Under the pieces are notes generated by a model that worked only from the letters and a program-made list of their open reading frames with translations, was not told where the DNA came from and did no database searches. A stretch of 64,000 bases of DNA from Sphagnum compactum (taxonomy: Eukaryota). The DNA is taken from positions 17,536,213 through 17,600,212 of the forward strand of contig OZ234493.1 of NCBI GenBank assembly GCA_965153455.1, given 5' to 3'. Both the position numbers and the translations under genes were made by a program. Shown piece by piece: positions 25,738-40,480 of this stretch (positions within the stretch are counted from its first letter, which is position 1; every line of letters starts with the position of its first letter).

Positions 25738-27166
25738 CAGTGTTGGGTGGGTATCACAATTTTATGATACCCATCAGGTTCAGTTTTCTTAAAGTAATTT
25801 ACACAAGGGTCCAGTTCTCTCAATAGAAAACACTTCTAAAATTTTTATGCTAGACAAGGGTATCAACATTATAAAAAAAATTAAACCGGTTCTCACAATG
25901 TCGATCCTTGAAAATTTCAGAACAGCTGGTTATTGCTGGTTCTCACAAACTAGGTATTATTATTTTAAATTAAATTTTAATTTTTAAAAATTAAAATTAA
26001 GATTAAATAATTATTGATTTTGTTTTTTATTTTTAATCTGGATTTTGGAAAAAATTTAGAATCAAAGGACCTTTGGTTCAAGGTTTTTGAAAGATTTCAA
26101 AAATAAATTTCAATTTTGGATTTTTTAAAATTTCAAAGAACCTAACTGGTTTTATGGAAGAATTGGTAAAAGAATCAAAGCTTTGGGGGTTAGGTTCTTT
26201 GATCAATTCTTTTGGTTTTTTGAGATCTATAGTTATGAGTGAAAATCTGTCCTTTGATTTTTTGAAATTGCTAGTGATGGGTCCATAATATCCAGACTTA
26301 CCTGCCAATTGTTTTTTGAAAAAGAGAAGATAGAATAGTGTTTTGTTTTGGCAAAACAAAAATTCAACATGGCAAAAAATCAGGGTTTTAAAGGTTTTTA
26401 GTCGTCAGATTTTTTTTTAATATTTAAAAATTGTAGAATTCACCACACTTTATCCTAAGTTCCAGCACATAGCCAAAAATATAGTTCAATTTTTTTTTCA
26501 TTACTTTTTTATTATCATATCTAGCTAAATAGTCACTTCAACTACATCACAAAATTGGGAAAAAAAAACACTCACTTAGTTAGAAGTTCAAAAAACAGCC
26601 CAATAATAATGTTAACTTTCCAAACATCATTATCATCTAACCTGGCCTACCATTAATAAGTACCTAGCACCAAATATTAACCTTCTCTTGGATCTCCCAT
26701 CTCCTAAGGCAAATTAAACCTCCCAGGCAAATTTTGATGTGGGTCTGGTGATGAAGGTGTCTTTTTTTTAGCCTTAATTATATTAGAATGACTTAACACC
26801 ATATCTCCAAAGTTCAAACCCATGGTCCATGAATATTCAACGAGATTCAATAAATAAAATGTTGTTCCATTCTGCATAGAAACATAATTATGTTTAATGT
26901 TCATAACTTCTTTGTCATTGTTTGCACTAATTTTTTATGGCAGTTAAACCCTAAAACATTGACTTGGGTAAGGGGTCAAACGTTACCCGATTTTCAAATT
27001 TTATTTTATTTTTTTAAAACAACTGGTTTTCATGTCTGATTCTCACACGAGTGGAAATCATAACTCAATTTTCAGTCAAGGTATCACCATGAGTGATACC
27101 TTAAGAGGATCAAATTGAGACGCCCAAGTGATACTCGAAAGTATTTGTGATACCCACCCAACACTG
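25738..27166. mobile_element. Non-autonomous hAT DNA transposon, 1429 bp
   Basis: Perfect 22-bp TIR CAGTGTTGGGTGGGTATCACAA / TTGTGATACCCACCCAACACTG and a perfect 8-bp TSD GTAAAAAC (25730-25737, 27167-27174). A MITE-like segment is nested at about 26337-26572. Confidence 0.92.
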
Positions 27167-29163
27167 GTAAAAACCAAAATTTAAACATTTTCAACCACTT
27201 TTTGTACCGATCAATGCTCATTAAATGGTGTTTAACATCCTTTAGGTTCTTTTGGGATTGATGTTTTCAAATGTATGCCATAGTTCTTTCATTTTTCTCA
27301 CCAAATGCCTAATGGTCATTCATTATATTCCCAATTTGTACCCCAATTTCCCAATAGCAACACACTTTATCCCATATGTTTTGTCAAAAATTGAACTCAT
27401 TTAAATTAAAGGAAAAATTAAGGACAAACAAAAAATTGTTGCATAATGTCATATGTCATATTTTCAACAAAGAATGCATGCATTTTGGCATTTCATTATT
27501 CTTGCATGCACTATCTTCACTAAATGATCGCACTTAATCCTTTAAAAAAAAACTAACTATGAAACTATTATGAATATTTTTCCTATAATATTCACAAAAA
27601 TGAACAGTTAGTATTATCCTAATCAATTTATTCATTGTCGTCATCAACGTCACCATGTAATCTACAAGTAACAAGCACTCCCGGAGGTGTATTACAAATA
27701 AGATCATCAAATTCTGAAAAACATCCTATGTCTATATACATAGCCTAAAAAATAAGATTACAATGTGTTTATTCTAAGAATGGCAAAAGTTTGCTAATAG
27801 ATACATCATGAGGTCATGTGTACATAAGTTTTATTTTAGGAGTATGCCAAAATGGGACCTTGGTGTCTGGTGATGTACTAATCAACAAGGATGATTGTTT
27901 TCCACCCCACCCCCTCCCCTTGGCAAATTAGGTACTTAACATTAAATACTAATGACATTAGTAGGACAATGAAGTGTGAACTTCAAACTTCCTAAATTTG
28001 CTCCATGAGGTATGGTGTTATTTATGGGCTAAAATTAGCCAAATTATTATAAAAATCAATGCGTACCTAAAGACCTATTGTAAAAGCGAAGGATAACTAC
28101 AAAAATTTAGCCTAAAAACCAAATGGCAATGGACAATGATAGCATTAAAGTTTTTCAAATGTAGTTTATAACCAAGTAGAACTAATGAGATTTGTCATTT
28201 GTCGTAAGAGGTTACATCTAAACTGCAAACATTTAGGTTTATCACTAAGTTTCATACACATAATCATGTTTCATTGCGAACATTTCCATTACAATTCACT
28301 AGCAATCGCATTTTTCAAAGTTACATCCTCCATGAAACAACGGTTGACAACTCCAAGGCTGAATCTAAAGGACTAGTTACAAGTTACAATTTTATTTGTT
28401 AAAAAATTATTTACATAAGATGGAGGCTACTCAATGTAAAGGACCTTGTGTCAAATGTTTGCGTAATTTTGATAGATGTAATTACAAAGCACTATTAGCA
28501 TATTTTTGCAACCTCAAAATTTCAACCTTAACCACATATAAAAATATATGACATGTATAGTAACCATCTGAGCTAAATATGTAATTTTTTAATTAAAAGC
28601 ATGTCCTGAAGTAGCTAGATAATTCTAATTTCTTATATAAAAGAGAATCCAACTCTAAGCTGCTATACAGGGAGGATGTAACCATTGTCAAAGGGGATGA
28701 AGATTTTTTGTGATGAAGGGCCAAGTTAAGTCACAAGTAGGAAGACTTACAAAATGGGTGCCATTAGCATGTGGCTCTATGGGAAGGGACCTTCGAAGTA
28801 GGCAGTTATGTTTTTTCTTCTTGGAGGAAATCTGCTCGCACAGTCTCTTCAGTTTTGCATGGAATTCATTCAATTGACGATGGTCTCAAACTTCAACTAC
28901 AAATCAATGCACCTCCTTTTTAAGGTTTTAATTTTCAATGTTCTTTTGCCAAATTCATGTATTGTGTTTCAAAGGTGCTTATACATGTGTTGTCCAATTC
29001 TAGGTTTCAGTCCTAGTTCTAGGTTTTCTTTTCTTTCTTTCTTTTCTCAATTTAATGGAACATTTGCTTTCCACTTTCAAATAAATATTTTAGATTTGAT
29101 GTAACCTCACATGAGATTGAGATTTATCACATTTCCAAAACCTAAGGTTCCCAACCAAAAAGA

Positions 29164-29538
29164 AAATTTAAATAGGTTGGGTTCTACATAGCTACAAACA
29201 TCTTTGGATTGGAGATTTTGTGAATATCATTGCTGAACAACCAAAGTGGCCACCTCACTAGAAAGTAAAACTCACAATAAAAACCTTTTTAAAAAGTTAT
29301 AGATTTTTCGTAGAAAATCATATAATGTAGGCATCAGACCTTGCCATTTCTTCAATCCCATGCACTTCTCAATTGGGCTAGATACTTATAATAACATACC
29401 ACATGAGTAGTATTATAATACCCAAAGTGGTCGTGACCTCATTCAATTTTGTATAGATGTCATCATTTTGTAGTAATGACATCACCTCATAGAAATACTA
29501 GCCACAATGTACTACCTTGCCAAGGTTGCTTAATATAT
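29164..29538 (+). repeat. Left arm of a ~370-bp near-identical inverted repeat; right arm at 33323-33690
   Basis: gttgggttctacatagctacaaacatctttgg...gtactaccttgccaagg is the reverse complement of 33323-33690, with few substitutions and one small indel. Confidence 0.9.
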
Positions 29539-32165
29539 TTTGTTTTGGGAGTCATTTATTATTTACAATTAAAAAATTAATATTTTAAAATTTGACATTA
29601 TATTAAATAATGGAGCTATTGTGCTTGATAGTTTCTTTCATGTTTTCGACAAGGAAGCAAGTATTTTTCAAAAAAATCAGCAATTCCAAATATAATGAAT
29701 TTGTGCCTAACCATCTAGGTACTATGTTATTAGAGTTATCACCTTGCCACCCAACAGATTCGCCCCCTTGTTATCCAATAACTTGTGATCATGTTAATAT
29801 TCCTCATGAAAGATGAATGAGTAAGGACTATAACATGAGAATTAAAAATAACAAATCCATATGAATTATTCATATTAAAGGTTATTTTTATTTGTGGCTT
29901 TAACTTTGGTGCGTAATGAACTTCCAAGATTGATAAATAAATGTTATTCTTAGGATGCAAACAAATGAAAGGCTTCCATTCTTAGAGCAAGATTGGAACA
30001 ACATGAACTTGATGAAGTGAAACACATTTTCACACAAACTCCCATGGGAACTCCTTTTTAAGAATTGAAATTACATGGGAGTCCCCAATGCTCATGAGAC
30101 CATTAAAGGAATATTTACATCCAAATGGTATATGATCTTTAGATCATTGGCAAGGTTTCAATTAGAGTTATAATGTAATGGTTCATAGTGCCATAATAAA
30201 ATTCCTGGTTAGAAGTTATGAGCAATTGAAGAATCAAAATGGGGATGAGAAATTTGATTCTTGCCTCATTTAACATGCATTTTGTGATTGCTCCTTTTGG
30301 GAGGGTGGGGAGAATGATGTTTTAATACAAGTCACATGGAGTTGCAAAGTATATTAAAAGGATGGTGGTGGATCCTCCAAACTTGGGTCATGATGATTTC
30401 AATGTGAATTTGTGATTGTTTTGTGTTTCAATTCTAACTTTGACAATAGGAATCACTTTCTTGCTCTGGTTTGTGTAATTTGACACACTTCCATAGGCTT
30501 ACCAAATGGTATTGAAGATAACTCATAACATGTTTGAGTCTTGAACACACTCCATAACTTGTCAAATCAAAATGACAAGTCACATGGGAGCTTCGAGATA
30601 AGATCGGGACAAGACAATTCTCATCCACCCAGTTTTGATCACATCGATTACACAAACTAGATGCAAGAACGCGTTTCTTATTGTTGGAATCAGAATTGGA
30701 ACATAGGACAATTGTAGATTCACATTGGACTCATCATAGCTTGGACCACTTTGGGATACAATACCTTCCATATAGTATGTTTTGTAATTCCCATGGAACT
30801 TAGAACAAAGTGGCACTTCTCAAAGCTCACAAAAAGTGAAAGTTTGAAAATTCCCAAGTTCAAACTCTTGAAACTTGGGAATTCATAATTTCATAAAACA
30901 TATTGTTTGGAACATTTTAAAGTTTTAAATTATAGCCCTTCCAGTTGTGGTTCAAAGGACCTACATGGTGTCATATTACGAGGCATGAGACGCCTATTTG
31001 GGCCAAAAGAAGTTCCTTTCCACCCTAGCTAGGGGTCGAGGTTTTCTTTTTCCATTTTTTGTGGTGTAGCCACATTGGCAACCATCCACATGAGGATTTA
31101 GGTAGGTTTAGTAGAAGTAGGTGCTCTAAAAATGGCAAACTGAGTCCCAAAACCCTATTTTTTTACAAAAGAAATTCAAAATTTATAATAAGAGAACCTG
31201 ATTTTGGTCATAACCCCAAAAATAATTTGTCACTTGAACAAAATTTCAAACAAAACATTTGACTGCTAGGGGCCATTCAGATGTTGAGTCCCCAATTCTA
31301 ACCATACATGAGGGGATCATCTCAACATAGTGAAGAGGGTTATTGTTGTAACACTAGAGCAAAATAGAAATTGGATTGTTGAGTAGGGACAAAGGCACTT
31401 AGCTTATGAATACAAGAGATTACTTTTGTTGGGACTCGTTTTCCAATCTCCGGATGTTTTTTCGTCATTTTTATCATTTTCTTGGCCATCATTCAAAGAA
31501 ATTTCTTTGCAAAGTTATTGTCCATCTATGAATGCAAAACCAAAAAAATTGTCGGTCATTTTTCTTAGCTTCAAATCATCACATCAAGTTCACGACAAAC
31601 AACTTCACCATTTATCAAAACTTCTAGATCACTATTTTTTGTGGGTGAATATTCATATTGCAATGATGAGTAAAAAAAAAACAAATTTGAAATATTTTGT
31701 TTCAAATGCCTGGTTTTTAATGAAAACGCGAAGGAAATTTTGATTTTTGAAAATATATTTGCACTTTTTTACTACCTTGAAAAGTTTGTCATCACTTTGC
31801 TATTGTTTGGAAAAAAAACTTTGGACAATTTTCTTAAACCTATCATCGATAAATGCTAAATCTACCTTAGTATGTTTGGCACCTATTCCTACCTACTTTA
31901 GACAATTGGGAAAAACAAAAATTGTTCTAGATTTGAGGAAAATATTCAAGCTGCAATTTTCTGATAACAAAGGAAATACCCCTTCCTCTTCTCTCCTTTA
32001 AAATAAACAAACTACATTTACTCTCATAATATGGGTGGTGTTCTAGATGACAATCAATAGACTTTTGGGAAACAACTTGCAAGAATTTTGTTCACTAGTA
32101 ACCTTCATTTTAAATCATTGCTTTAGGAATGTTTAAAATAATCCCATCATCCTAAAACTTAGTCC

Positions 32166-32250
32166 TATGAAATGATTTGTGTGCATTTAGGGTTAGTATG
32201 AAATGATTTGTGTGCATTTAGGGTTAGTATGAAATGATTTGTATGCGTTT
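32166..32250. repeat. 31-bp tandem repeat, about 2.7 copies
   Basis: tatgaaatgatttgt starts at 32166, 32197 and 32228. Confidence 0.85.
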
Positions 32251-33322
32251 CAAATCACTAGAATTTGAATAAATAAAAATCAACAATGATTTTGATATCA
32301 TTGTTGTGCTCTGGTAATCTCATGTGGAACATTTTGCTCTTTCAACTCTTGATGAAAAACTTCACCTTGCTAACTTTGAAAACCTTAAACCTTCCAACAA
32401 AGCAGAAAATAAAGGGAAACATAAAGAACACCAAGCATTTATCAGTCACTCTCACTACTGCAAATAAGTTGCAAAGGGTTTTTTCTTGTGGAGAAATTTC
32501 AATGTTTTTGACCCATACAAAGGATTTTAAATTTTTAAAATGGCAAAAATCCACCTGATTTTTTTTAATACAAATGACCATATTTCAAAAACAGATTCTA
32601 ACAGATAGCCAAATTGGGTTATATCTTATAATATGTATCTCAAATTTGACTTGGAAAAAAACACCGAGGTGTGGCATAGCTATTGTTATCCGTTGAAGTT
32701 AAGAATGTACATATTATCAACAGTAGCAACAAGTTGCTTGCACATGACTAATCTAATTTCATGGAGATTTTCCTTTATCATGTTAATTCACTCACTTGAC
32801 AAACTAAGTCTGGGTGCAATGCAAGTTCAAAACATGGCACATTCCTTCCAAGCCTACCCACTCACAAAAGATTATATTGGTAGGCTTTTGAAAGAGAAAG
32901 CCATAACAAATTAACATCCTTGTGAGGGTATGGGAGAGGGTCATCTGTAGTGCCAAATGTAATGTAACTTGTGGTATTGAAGACATCATGAAGGGCTCTT
33001 TCTATCAATAGATTGTTGCTCATCTTGGCTAAATTTATTCTCTTGAAGAAAAAAGACAATCCCAAATTCCAACAGCTACTAGTCCTGCTTCAGCATATAC
33101 CTATTTGAAAACTTTTGATATGTGCATGTCAATTTCATTTGCACAAACCCATATTACTTAATATTTCAGGTAAAATCCAGAAATTTGTGATAGAAACAGA
33201 AAAAAAAACAAAAAATTTCATTCCTATCATGGTCTGAAGCATCCAACACAAAATCAACTTTCACATTTGGGTTGCACAAAATTTTCAAAGAATGAGTAAC
33301 AACTTTGATGCAAATTTATGGT

Positions 33323-33690
33323 ATATATTAAGCGACCTTGGCAAGGTAGTACATTGTGGCTAGTATTTCTTTGAGGTGATCTACAAAATGATGACATCTA
33401 TACAAAATTGAATGAGGTCACAACCACTTTGGGTATTATAATACTACTCATGTGGTATGTTATTATAAGTATCTAGCCCAATTGAGAATTGCATGGGATG
33501 GAAGAAATGGCAAGGTCTAATGCCTACATTATATGATTTTCTACGAAAAATCTATAACTTTTTTAAAAGGTTTTTATTGTGAGTTTTACTTTCTAGTGAG
33601 GTGGCCACTTTGGTTGTTCAGCAATGATATTCACAAAATCTCCAATCCAAAGATGTTTGTAGCTATGTAGAACCCAACGTATTTGAATTT
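33323..33690 (-). repeat. Right arm of the 29164-29538 inverted repeat
   Basis: See the left arm. Confidence 0.9.
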
Positions 33691-35126
33691 AAGAATTTGG
33701 TAGCCTACAAATGTTTGGGGAAATTTGAAGGTCAAGACAAGCCTGGGTTATTCTTCTTTGTGAATTGAACTCTAGGGCATGTAGGAATAGAAAATAGACA
33801 AGGATTTCTCACAATTGAACTTGGGTTTTCTTCTCTTTCTTCTTTGGTTTCAAAGGAGATCAAAGTTCATAAATTTGTTGATGTCAACATGATGGATCCA
33901 ATTCTTCCTAGCTATGTGGTCAATCAGATGCTTGTAAGCACACAATTCACACCCCCCATACCAAAACATACACAAAATCCAATCTGGTTTTGGATTTGTA
34001 CAGTATTTATGCTTTGGTGAAGGTGCAACCCATGCAGGGCTTGCCTTTTCAACCTTGGGCAGTTGGATCTACATAGCACACATTGGCTTCTCCCTCAAGA
34101 ACAATTGCACTTGTATACAAGCCAAAGATATGAAAGGACACCAAGGGGAAAAGGGAAAAGGTTTCTTACTAACTTCAAACTGTGTGGACATATGTGACCT
34201 CCTTAGGTTGTTTAGCCTTGGATATGAACTACCTACATGTATTGGGTGGGCATCAAAGTTTACTTGGGTACCATGTACCTTATACTTGGGTATCAGATCT
34301 TATGCTGAAGTTTCCCAAAGACTAACTAATGAATCTTGCACCTCGGTATTTGGTTTCCTATTCGTTTCAATTGCCAATTAAGGTACCCTTTGGTTCAAAA
34401 CATTATTTCTTTTGTGTGTGTCCCAAAGTTTCCATTACTTCCTAGCAAGTGGTGATGGAGCTTGGAAACTAAAGGATGTGTAAAGCTCTTCACAAGACAA
34501 AACTATAACAACTGGAAGGTTCAAAAGAATAGAAATATCTATTATCCTTTTTTTTGCCCTTATCTTGGCTTTAAAATGAAAAAAGGTCACAACTTACAAT
34601 TTATTTGCAATGCAAATAAAGCCATTTTCTTGTGTTTGTTCAAGTACATATCAACATAACCCCCAAAAATACAAATCAAGGAATAATTATTTGAAAGAAT
34701 TTACAATAAAAAATTTGGTGGTGGGGAAACCAAGGTATAAATTTTATGTGTTGTACCATACCCATCACTAATGTTTGATGTTGAATATTCTTAAGAGGGT
34801 GAGAGTAGTATTTGTGTTTTTATGGCGAGTGTTTACATCCTGGTAGCAAAAATAAGTGAAGCAGAAATATTCTATTGCAAATTCCATGTATATTAGGGGA
34901 AAAAAAAATCAATTTTTTGAGGAAAAAATTGGGGGAAATTTTTTGCCCCATTTCAATTGAGATTTTGGTGTGGGGTAGTTTTTGTCAAATTTATGCCATT
35001 TGTTTAGTTTGCTAGGGCAAGCCCTAAACACCGCCAATCAACTAAATGCAACTCAAACTCTAACACAAAAAGTATGCATGCATACCACAAATGCCCAAGA
35101 TGAAATCATTTGTATGATAAAAAATA

Positions 35127-35127
<1 letters not shown>

Positions 35128-35160
<33 letters not shown>
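35128..35160. repeat. (AT)n(GT)n microsatellite
   Basis: Read directly from the sequence. Confidence 0.9.
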
Positions 35161-38100
35161 TTTGTCTAAACCTACATCTTCCAAACCTGATCACCTCATT
35201 CCTCCCCCTACCCAATTACATAGATATGAAAAGCCAATTGAACATATGCCATTTCATGTCCATTTTTATCTATATTAAAATAATTTAATAATGAACTTCT
35301 TTCAAATCTATCTACAAAACCTCTTTCCCATGGACATGGGCATCTACATGGACGTGGAAAAGCACAATTTTCAGATTTTACATAAATAATGAGGAACTAT
35401 TGGGAACTGTATGGGAACATAAGAAGGCAATTAAACACAAAATGGAAAGAGAGATTTATGCTTGTTTTCCCAAGTTTTTTCAAGGTACATGAATTATGAT
35501 AATCGTTTTAAGTATAACTTGTGTAACTTAGCTTTTGAATAAAACATTATGGGATAATGGTTGCAACTTTCTATTATGTTTTGAAGTCCAAGGTTCAAAT
35601 CTTTTTATGCCACATCTTTTTCTCTAATGGATTTCATCTAAGAAGGGAGAAAGATGGTGCTCCTCAAACAACTTGGGTAAAGAAATAGTTGGGGAGCAAT
35701 GGTTGTGTTGTCCTGAAAAGGTAATGTTCTGTAAGGAGGGCAGTGTCCTCTAAGCAATATTATATGGCACCTTCCGTAAGGAAAGTGTTGGGAGCAATGG
35801 TTGTGTTGCCTCAAGAAGGTTGTGCAAGCGACATTGTAGCACTTTCCCCAGGGAAGTTGTCACTTCTCTTTTTCCTTTGTTTTGTTGTGTGTTTGTCCTT
35901 GTTTTTTTGGGGTCAACTATTTTTTCTTTGAAGTTTTCTTGGGTATGTATTTGCTTTCTTTTTTCTTTTCTCTTCTTTCATGTTTTTTTTTTGCTATGGA
36001 TCAAGGGTTTTCAGCTTGGGAGTTGCCATTTGGGGTCGAGGGTTTTCTTTTTTCCTTGGACCCCACACATGGCGGAATGCAATGGATTCTTTCCAAGTTC
36101 TCTCTCTCTTCCCCAAGGAAGGTGGGAACATTGCCTTCTCATGCATAATTACAATCATCTTTGGGCAAATGTGTGGCTGTTCTGAAGGTTTTGTGTGGAC
36201 TGAGCCCCGCTTCCCTTGCAATTGGGGCTGTGATTTCCCTAGGGAGCATGTGTACACTTCTCCAAGGGGAACATCCATTCTTGTGCAACTTGGTCCCACT
36301 TTGCTGGTTAACTTGCCCAAGAGAGAAAATTGGAGCCAAGTTCCCAAAGGAGAAAGAGAATTGGTGCCACATTTTCCTAAAAAGCTTGGCTACACTTTTC
36401 ACTATAGCATTCAAGAAAATTGCAATCCCTTAGAATATTTCGAGGGTTGCACATAACAAATGAATATGCCCTCAATTTGTCATCCAAGTTAGTCCACAAA
36501 TTTTCAACCATTATGCAACGTTTTCAAAAAAATTCATCTATTTGATAAAAAATTCACACATTGGGAAATATTATACGGTGGAGGAAATTTTTAAAAAGAA
36601 AGTCATGCAATGGATGAAAAGTTGAAAAATAGAAAGAAAAAAAGAAAAAAAAAAAAGAAATGGGTGAAACCTAGCAGAATAAAAGGTTGCATAATTGATG
36701 AAGAATTATTATCTTCATAAGTATCAACTGCTCAGTGCTCAGCATAAGCCATTTAAGCCAATATAGTTGTTAAGAAGGTTTATGGCTACTGGTTTGTGAT
36801 CATGGATTCCTTTGTGAACCCTGTTGAATCAAATTGTTGGAATTGGTCACACTTGAAATTTGGAGAAAGTTATCCTTCGAACTGGAAATCCTCATGTGCA
36901 AGGAGGCAGGACCCCTGTGGCCAGTGGAGAGTAATAATTTGCAGGCATCTTTAGTGCCATCGGCCATTTTCTAACTCACCAAAATTTACAATAAAAAGCT
37001 CGGAAATGAAAAAAATGGCCAGAAGTGAAGGAACAAATAGTATAAATTGCCAGATACCCATATTTGTATTTCTGTATGTAGCCAAAAATATTGAAGGATT
37101 ACTAAATCTTTGTGTTTCATATTTGGGTTACAATCAATCATATTTGGCTAAATCCTCCCCATGATGATGGCCACTTTTTCTCCACCTTCTATTGCTTGAA
37201 AAAATGTTTTAAGAAATGCAAGAAGGGTTTGATGGTTAAGTATGGTGCTTGTTGTTCAAAACCAAGGTCTGTTTGACACATACCAATATTTTGGAGAGAA
37301 ATGCAACATTTCAACATATAAGGATGAGAAATAAACATGGTAGCAACCTTGTAGGTGTCCATCTAGAGAGGTTTAACTCTTTCAATTTAACCCAGCATCA
37401 CCATGGGTTTGCCCATACAAAAGAATGGGATGGACTCTACATGAGGTTACCATCCTTGTGGAAGTGCATGATAATGCCGTAGGCTATGGAGGTGGACAAT
37501 GTGATATTAAAAAAAAATTAGCAGATGAATCTTAATTCTAGGTTGTTAGATATAGGTAGAAATTGACTTACGTAAGAGTTAACGAGGAAAAAGTGGGTGA
37601 GGAGCATGTGCATGAAGGAAGACCGTTTTTTCCACAATCTAAGTTGTGATGTTCATCTCTTGTTCAAAAAGATGTAATAAAAATATGTGGTAGGTCTTCA
37701 GAGCAACCCATGTACATCCCAATACATAGAAGGTATCTCAATACTTCAAAGGTAGTTGTTCTCAAATCATGTCTTTTTCAATCCATTCCACATGTCACCT
37801 ATAGATAATTTGTGTTCCTTTAGATAATTCGTGTTCCTTTAGATTAATTGCTAGCATTTTCAAGTTCCCAAGGTGTTTTTTTCATGTGTTATTATATTGG
37901 TCCCATAAATTTTGCCAAATGTTCCTTATGATGTTCCCATAATTCCCATGCACTTGTCATGTTGTCCCCAATATTAATCCCACCTATTACCCAATATTTT
38001 GGCCTACATCGGTGGAGAGGATATACAAGTTCTCTGTTGGGAGTGTTTGGCCTCCAATGTTTGGAAATTCCTATATTGAGAGTGTTCAAAGTTCTGAAAA

Positions 38101-38893
38101 CAATTTTTTTTTTGGTGATGGGCCAATCAATAAGGCTCATCCCAACCCAAAAAAAAAAAAAAAAAAAAGTTTTGAACTTTGGATGCACTCACAAATAATT
38201 AATAAATATCACATTATTTGTCACATTACATAGGGGCCAAACTCATGGATACTTTTATTTTTGACTCCTAAACCTTGAATCTATTGTTATTTCACATAAG
38301 ATTTTTGGAACACTGAATTGCTTGTTAGCTTCCACCACCCCTAATGAGGTCCTAAGAGCCTCATCAAGAAACATTTAAGTTGATGGGGCCGACTTTGGCC
38401 ATGCTTGTTAGTGGTTTTCTCTTGTGAGAACTACAATCAAACTTTTTCTTGTTCCTATGATTCTGACTGCCTCTACTAACAACTTCAACTCCTTGTTTCT
38501 TGACAAGGGGTTTTCGGAATGGGAACTTTGGTGGTGGGGGTGTGGAGAAAAATGTCAGGTGTTAGAGTGATTCAAGGAGGAGACCTTTGTTTTCTATGAT
38601 CTTCTACATCAAGGTAGATACGAATTTTAGTCATCATGTGGATTCCAATCATGGGTTCTAAATGAAGTGACACGTGATAGGAAGCAAACACTTTCAATAT
38701 TGTGATCACAAAGCTTCCAATTCCCCAAAGGAAGCCTTGCCAACTCAAAGAGGATATTATTTGAAACATTGTGAAACCATTCGCCTATGTTCAAGGTATG
38801 GAGAGCAAGAAGTTTGTGTTTTCACCATCTAAATGCTTTAATCAGATGCTCTACTTTCTTCATCTTCCATCAACAATATATCATATCATACTT

Positions 38894-39210
38894 ACAAGGG
38901 GTGTGTCACACCATGGCCTTGCCATTTACATTCAAAGGTATCTTAAGGCAAAAGAAGAATTATGAAAACTCAAATATTTCACCATGCAAAAATGTAATCT
39001 TCAAAAAAATCCCCTAAAAGAAACCAAAATCTTTCAAGATATTATAACTCTATAACTAATCTCAAGTTTCAACACAAGCCAAAATATCATCTTTCAAAAA
39101 TCCTCATGTAAAAATAGACCTATTACATAGGAGCCAAAATCCCTTAAGTTACTATACTCCATAATGAATCTAAACACAGTATAAGGGCCTTCGTCGGCAA
39201 GGCCAAAAAA
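38894..39210 (-). mobile_element. Short Helentron/HINE-like element, copy 1
   Basis: Subterminal inverted repeats GGCCTTGCC (38915-38923) and GGCAAGGCC (39196-39204), a terminal hairpin GGTGTG-T-CACACC (38900-38912) and an A/T run at the other end. A second copy lies at 41637-41933. Confidence 0.65.
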
Positions 39211-39379
39211 GGTCCTTGTGTCCCGAAGGCTTGAATATTTTAGTATATATCAATGGTGTGACATTCTCCATGAATATGATATATCTTCGTAAGTCCTGAG
39301 GATTTCTCAACAAGTTTACAGTTTTAGGCTACCAACATACTAAGTTTCCGTCACAAGAGTGGCAATAATGGGAGAAATG

Positions 39380-40480
39380 CAGTCATGATGCTGCTAGCTT
39401 CACAAAACTAAAAAAGAATGAACATAAGCCTTTGGAATAATTTGTTGATGAGCTTACATACCTTCATCAATTGCCCCTCCACTAGCACATACCCATGAAG
39501 CACCTCCACAACAGGGCCAGCTCCACACATTCCAGTTGCATTTGTTGAAATAGCTTCACATTTCACAGGTTGCAATTTCACTATAATCCAGGAGACAACA
39601 AAATGTTGCACAGGTACATCTTGTTGAGCACTCTCCAGGTCTTGTCCAGCTCCCCCACATATGGCTTGGATGTCAATGAGGCTACTCACCACAAAGACAT
39701 CAACTCGAAATTGCTACTGTCACCTGTCAATGAACAACCTTGCCCTCATTAAGTGGCAGTACACAGGGACATGCATTCAGGAACCCCACTAAGATGATGG
39801 GGTCAAGCTGCATCTGCTCCTCTTGCATTTGCATAACAGATCCAATTCCTCCTGCCCTTGCCTGCATCTTTGCACATCCCAATGTCATTACAGTGCAGAG
39901 ACCACATTACACAAGGGAAGGGAAACTTGCCAGACACTCTCCAAGCATCCTCACATATTGAATGGACATGTCAGAAACAGATCATTCTCACAACCATTTA
40001 AGAATCAGTTGATGAGTGCATTTACCTCTTCAAGTGCCCCTCAATTGGCATACACATCAAGCACCTGCACAAACATGAGAGGGTCCAGTTGTACACCTTT
40101 GTGCTTCATTCACTGAAATAGCTGTAATGTGGCCTTCTACAGTTGCCTACATTTCACATCTCCCGGCATCAATGATCAAAGTCACAACATCCGACAGGCC
40201 ATCCTGTTGGACATTCTCTCCATGCATCATCAATACATGTCCCATTTTTGACTGGACATCAACAAGGGAATTCCCTACAAAGACAGCATTATCCTCATGC
40301 CACTTTCAATCATCTGCTCATAAAGCTAACTGAATGCTTGAGTTGCTCATGAACTTGCAGAGGTGGCACTGGAACAAAGGTGAACTCACCAGAGCTAATG
40401 CAGTCTTGTTCCATTGAATCCATTTGCTAAACAAGCTCCGTGTTGTGCAGCCTTGATATATCTAAAAAGCTTTTAGTTCC
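39380..40480 (-). pseudogene. Degraded PLS-class PPR pseudogene
   Basis: Minus-strand fragments QMQEEQMQLDPIILVGFLNAC...EGKVVH*, VSSLID, WRVLNKM and WRVSGKF match PLS-PPR L/S motifs, with many stops and frameshifts. Confidence 0.8.

Noticed and set aside
32166..32250. TTTAGGG motif in the 31-bp repeat as an interstitial telomere
   Set aside because: There is only one heptamer per unit, not a telomeric tract.
35640..36480. Cluster of overlapping ORFs up to 158 aa
   Set aside because: The sequence is low-complexity and T-rich with no recognisable domain or splice model; it is probably a TE remnant.
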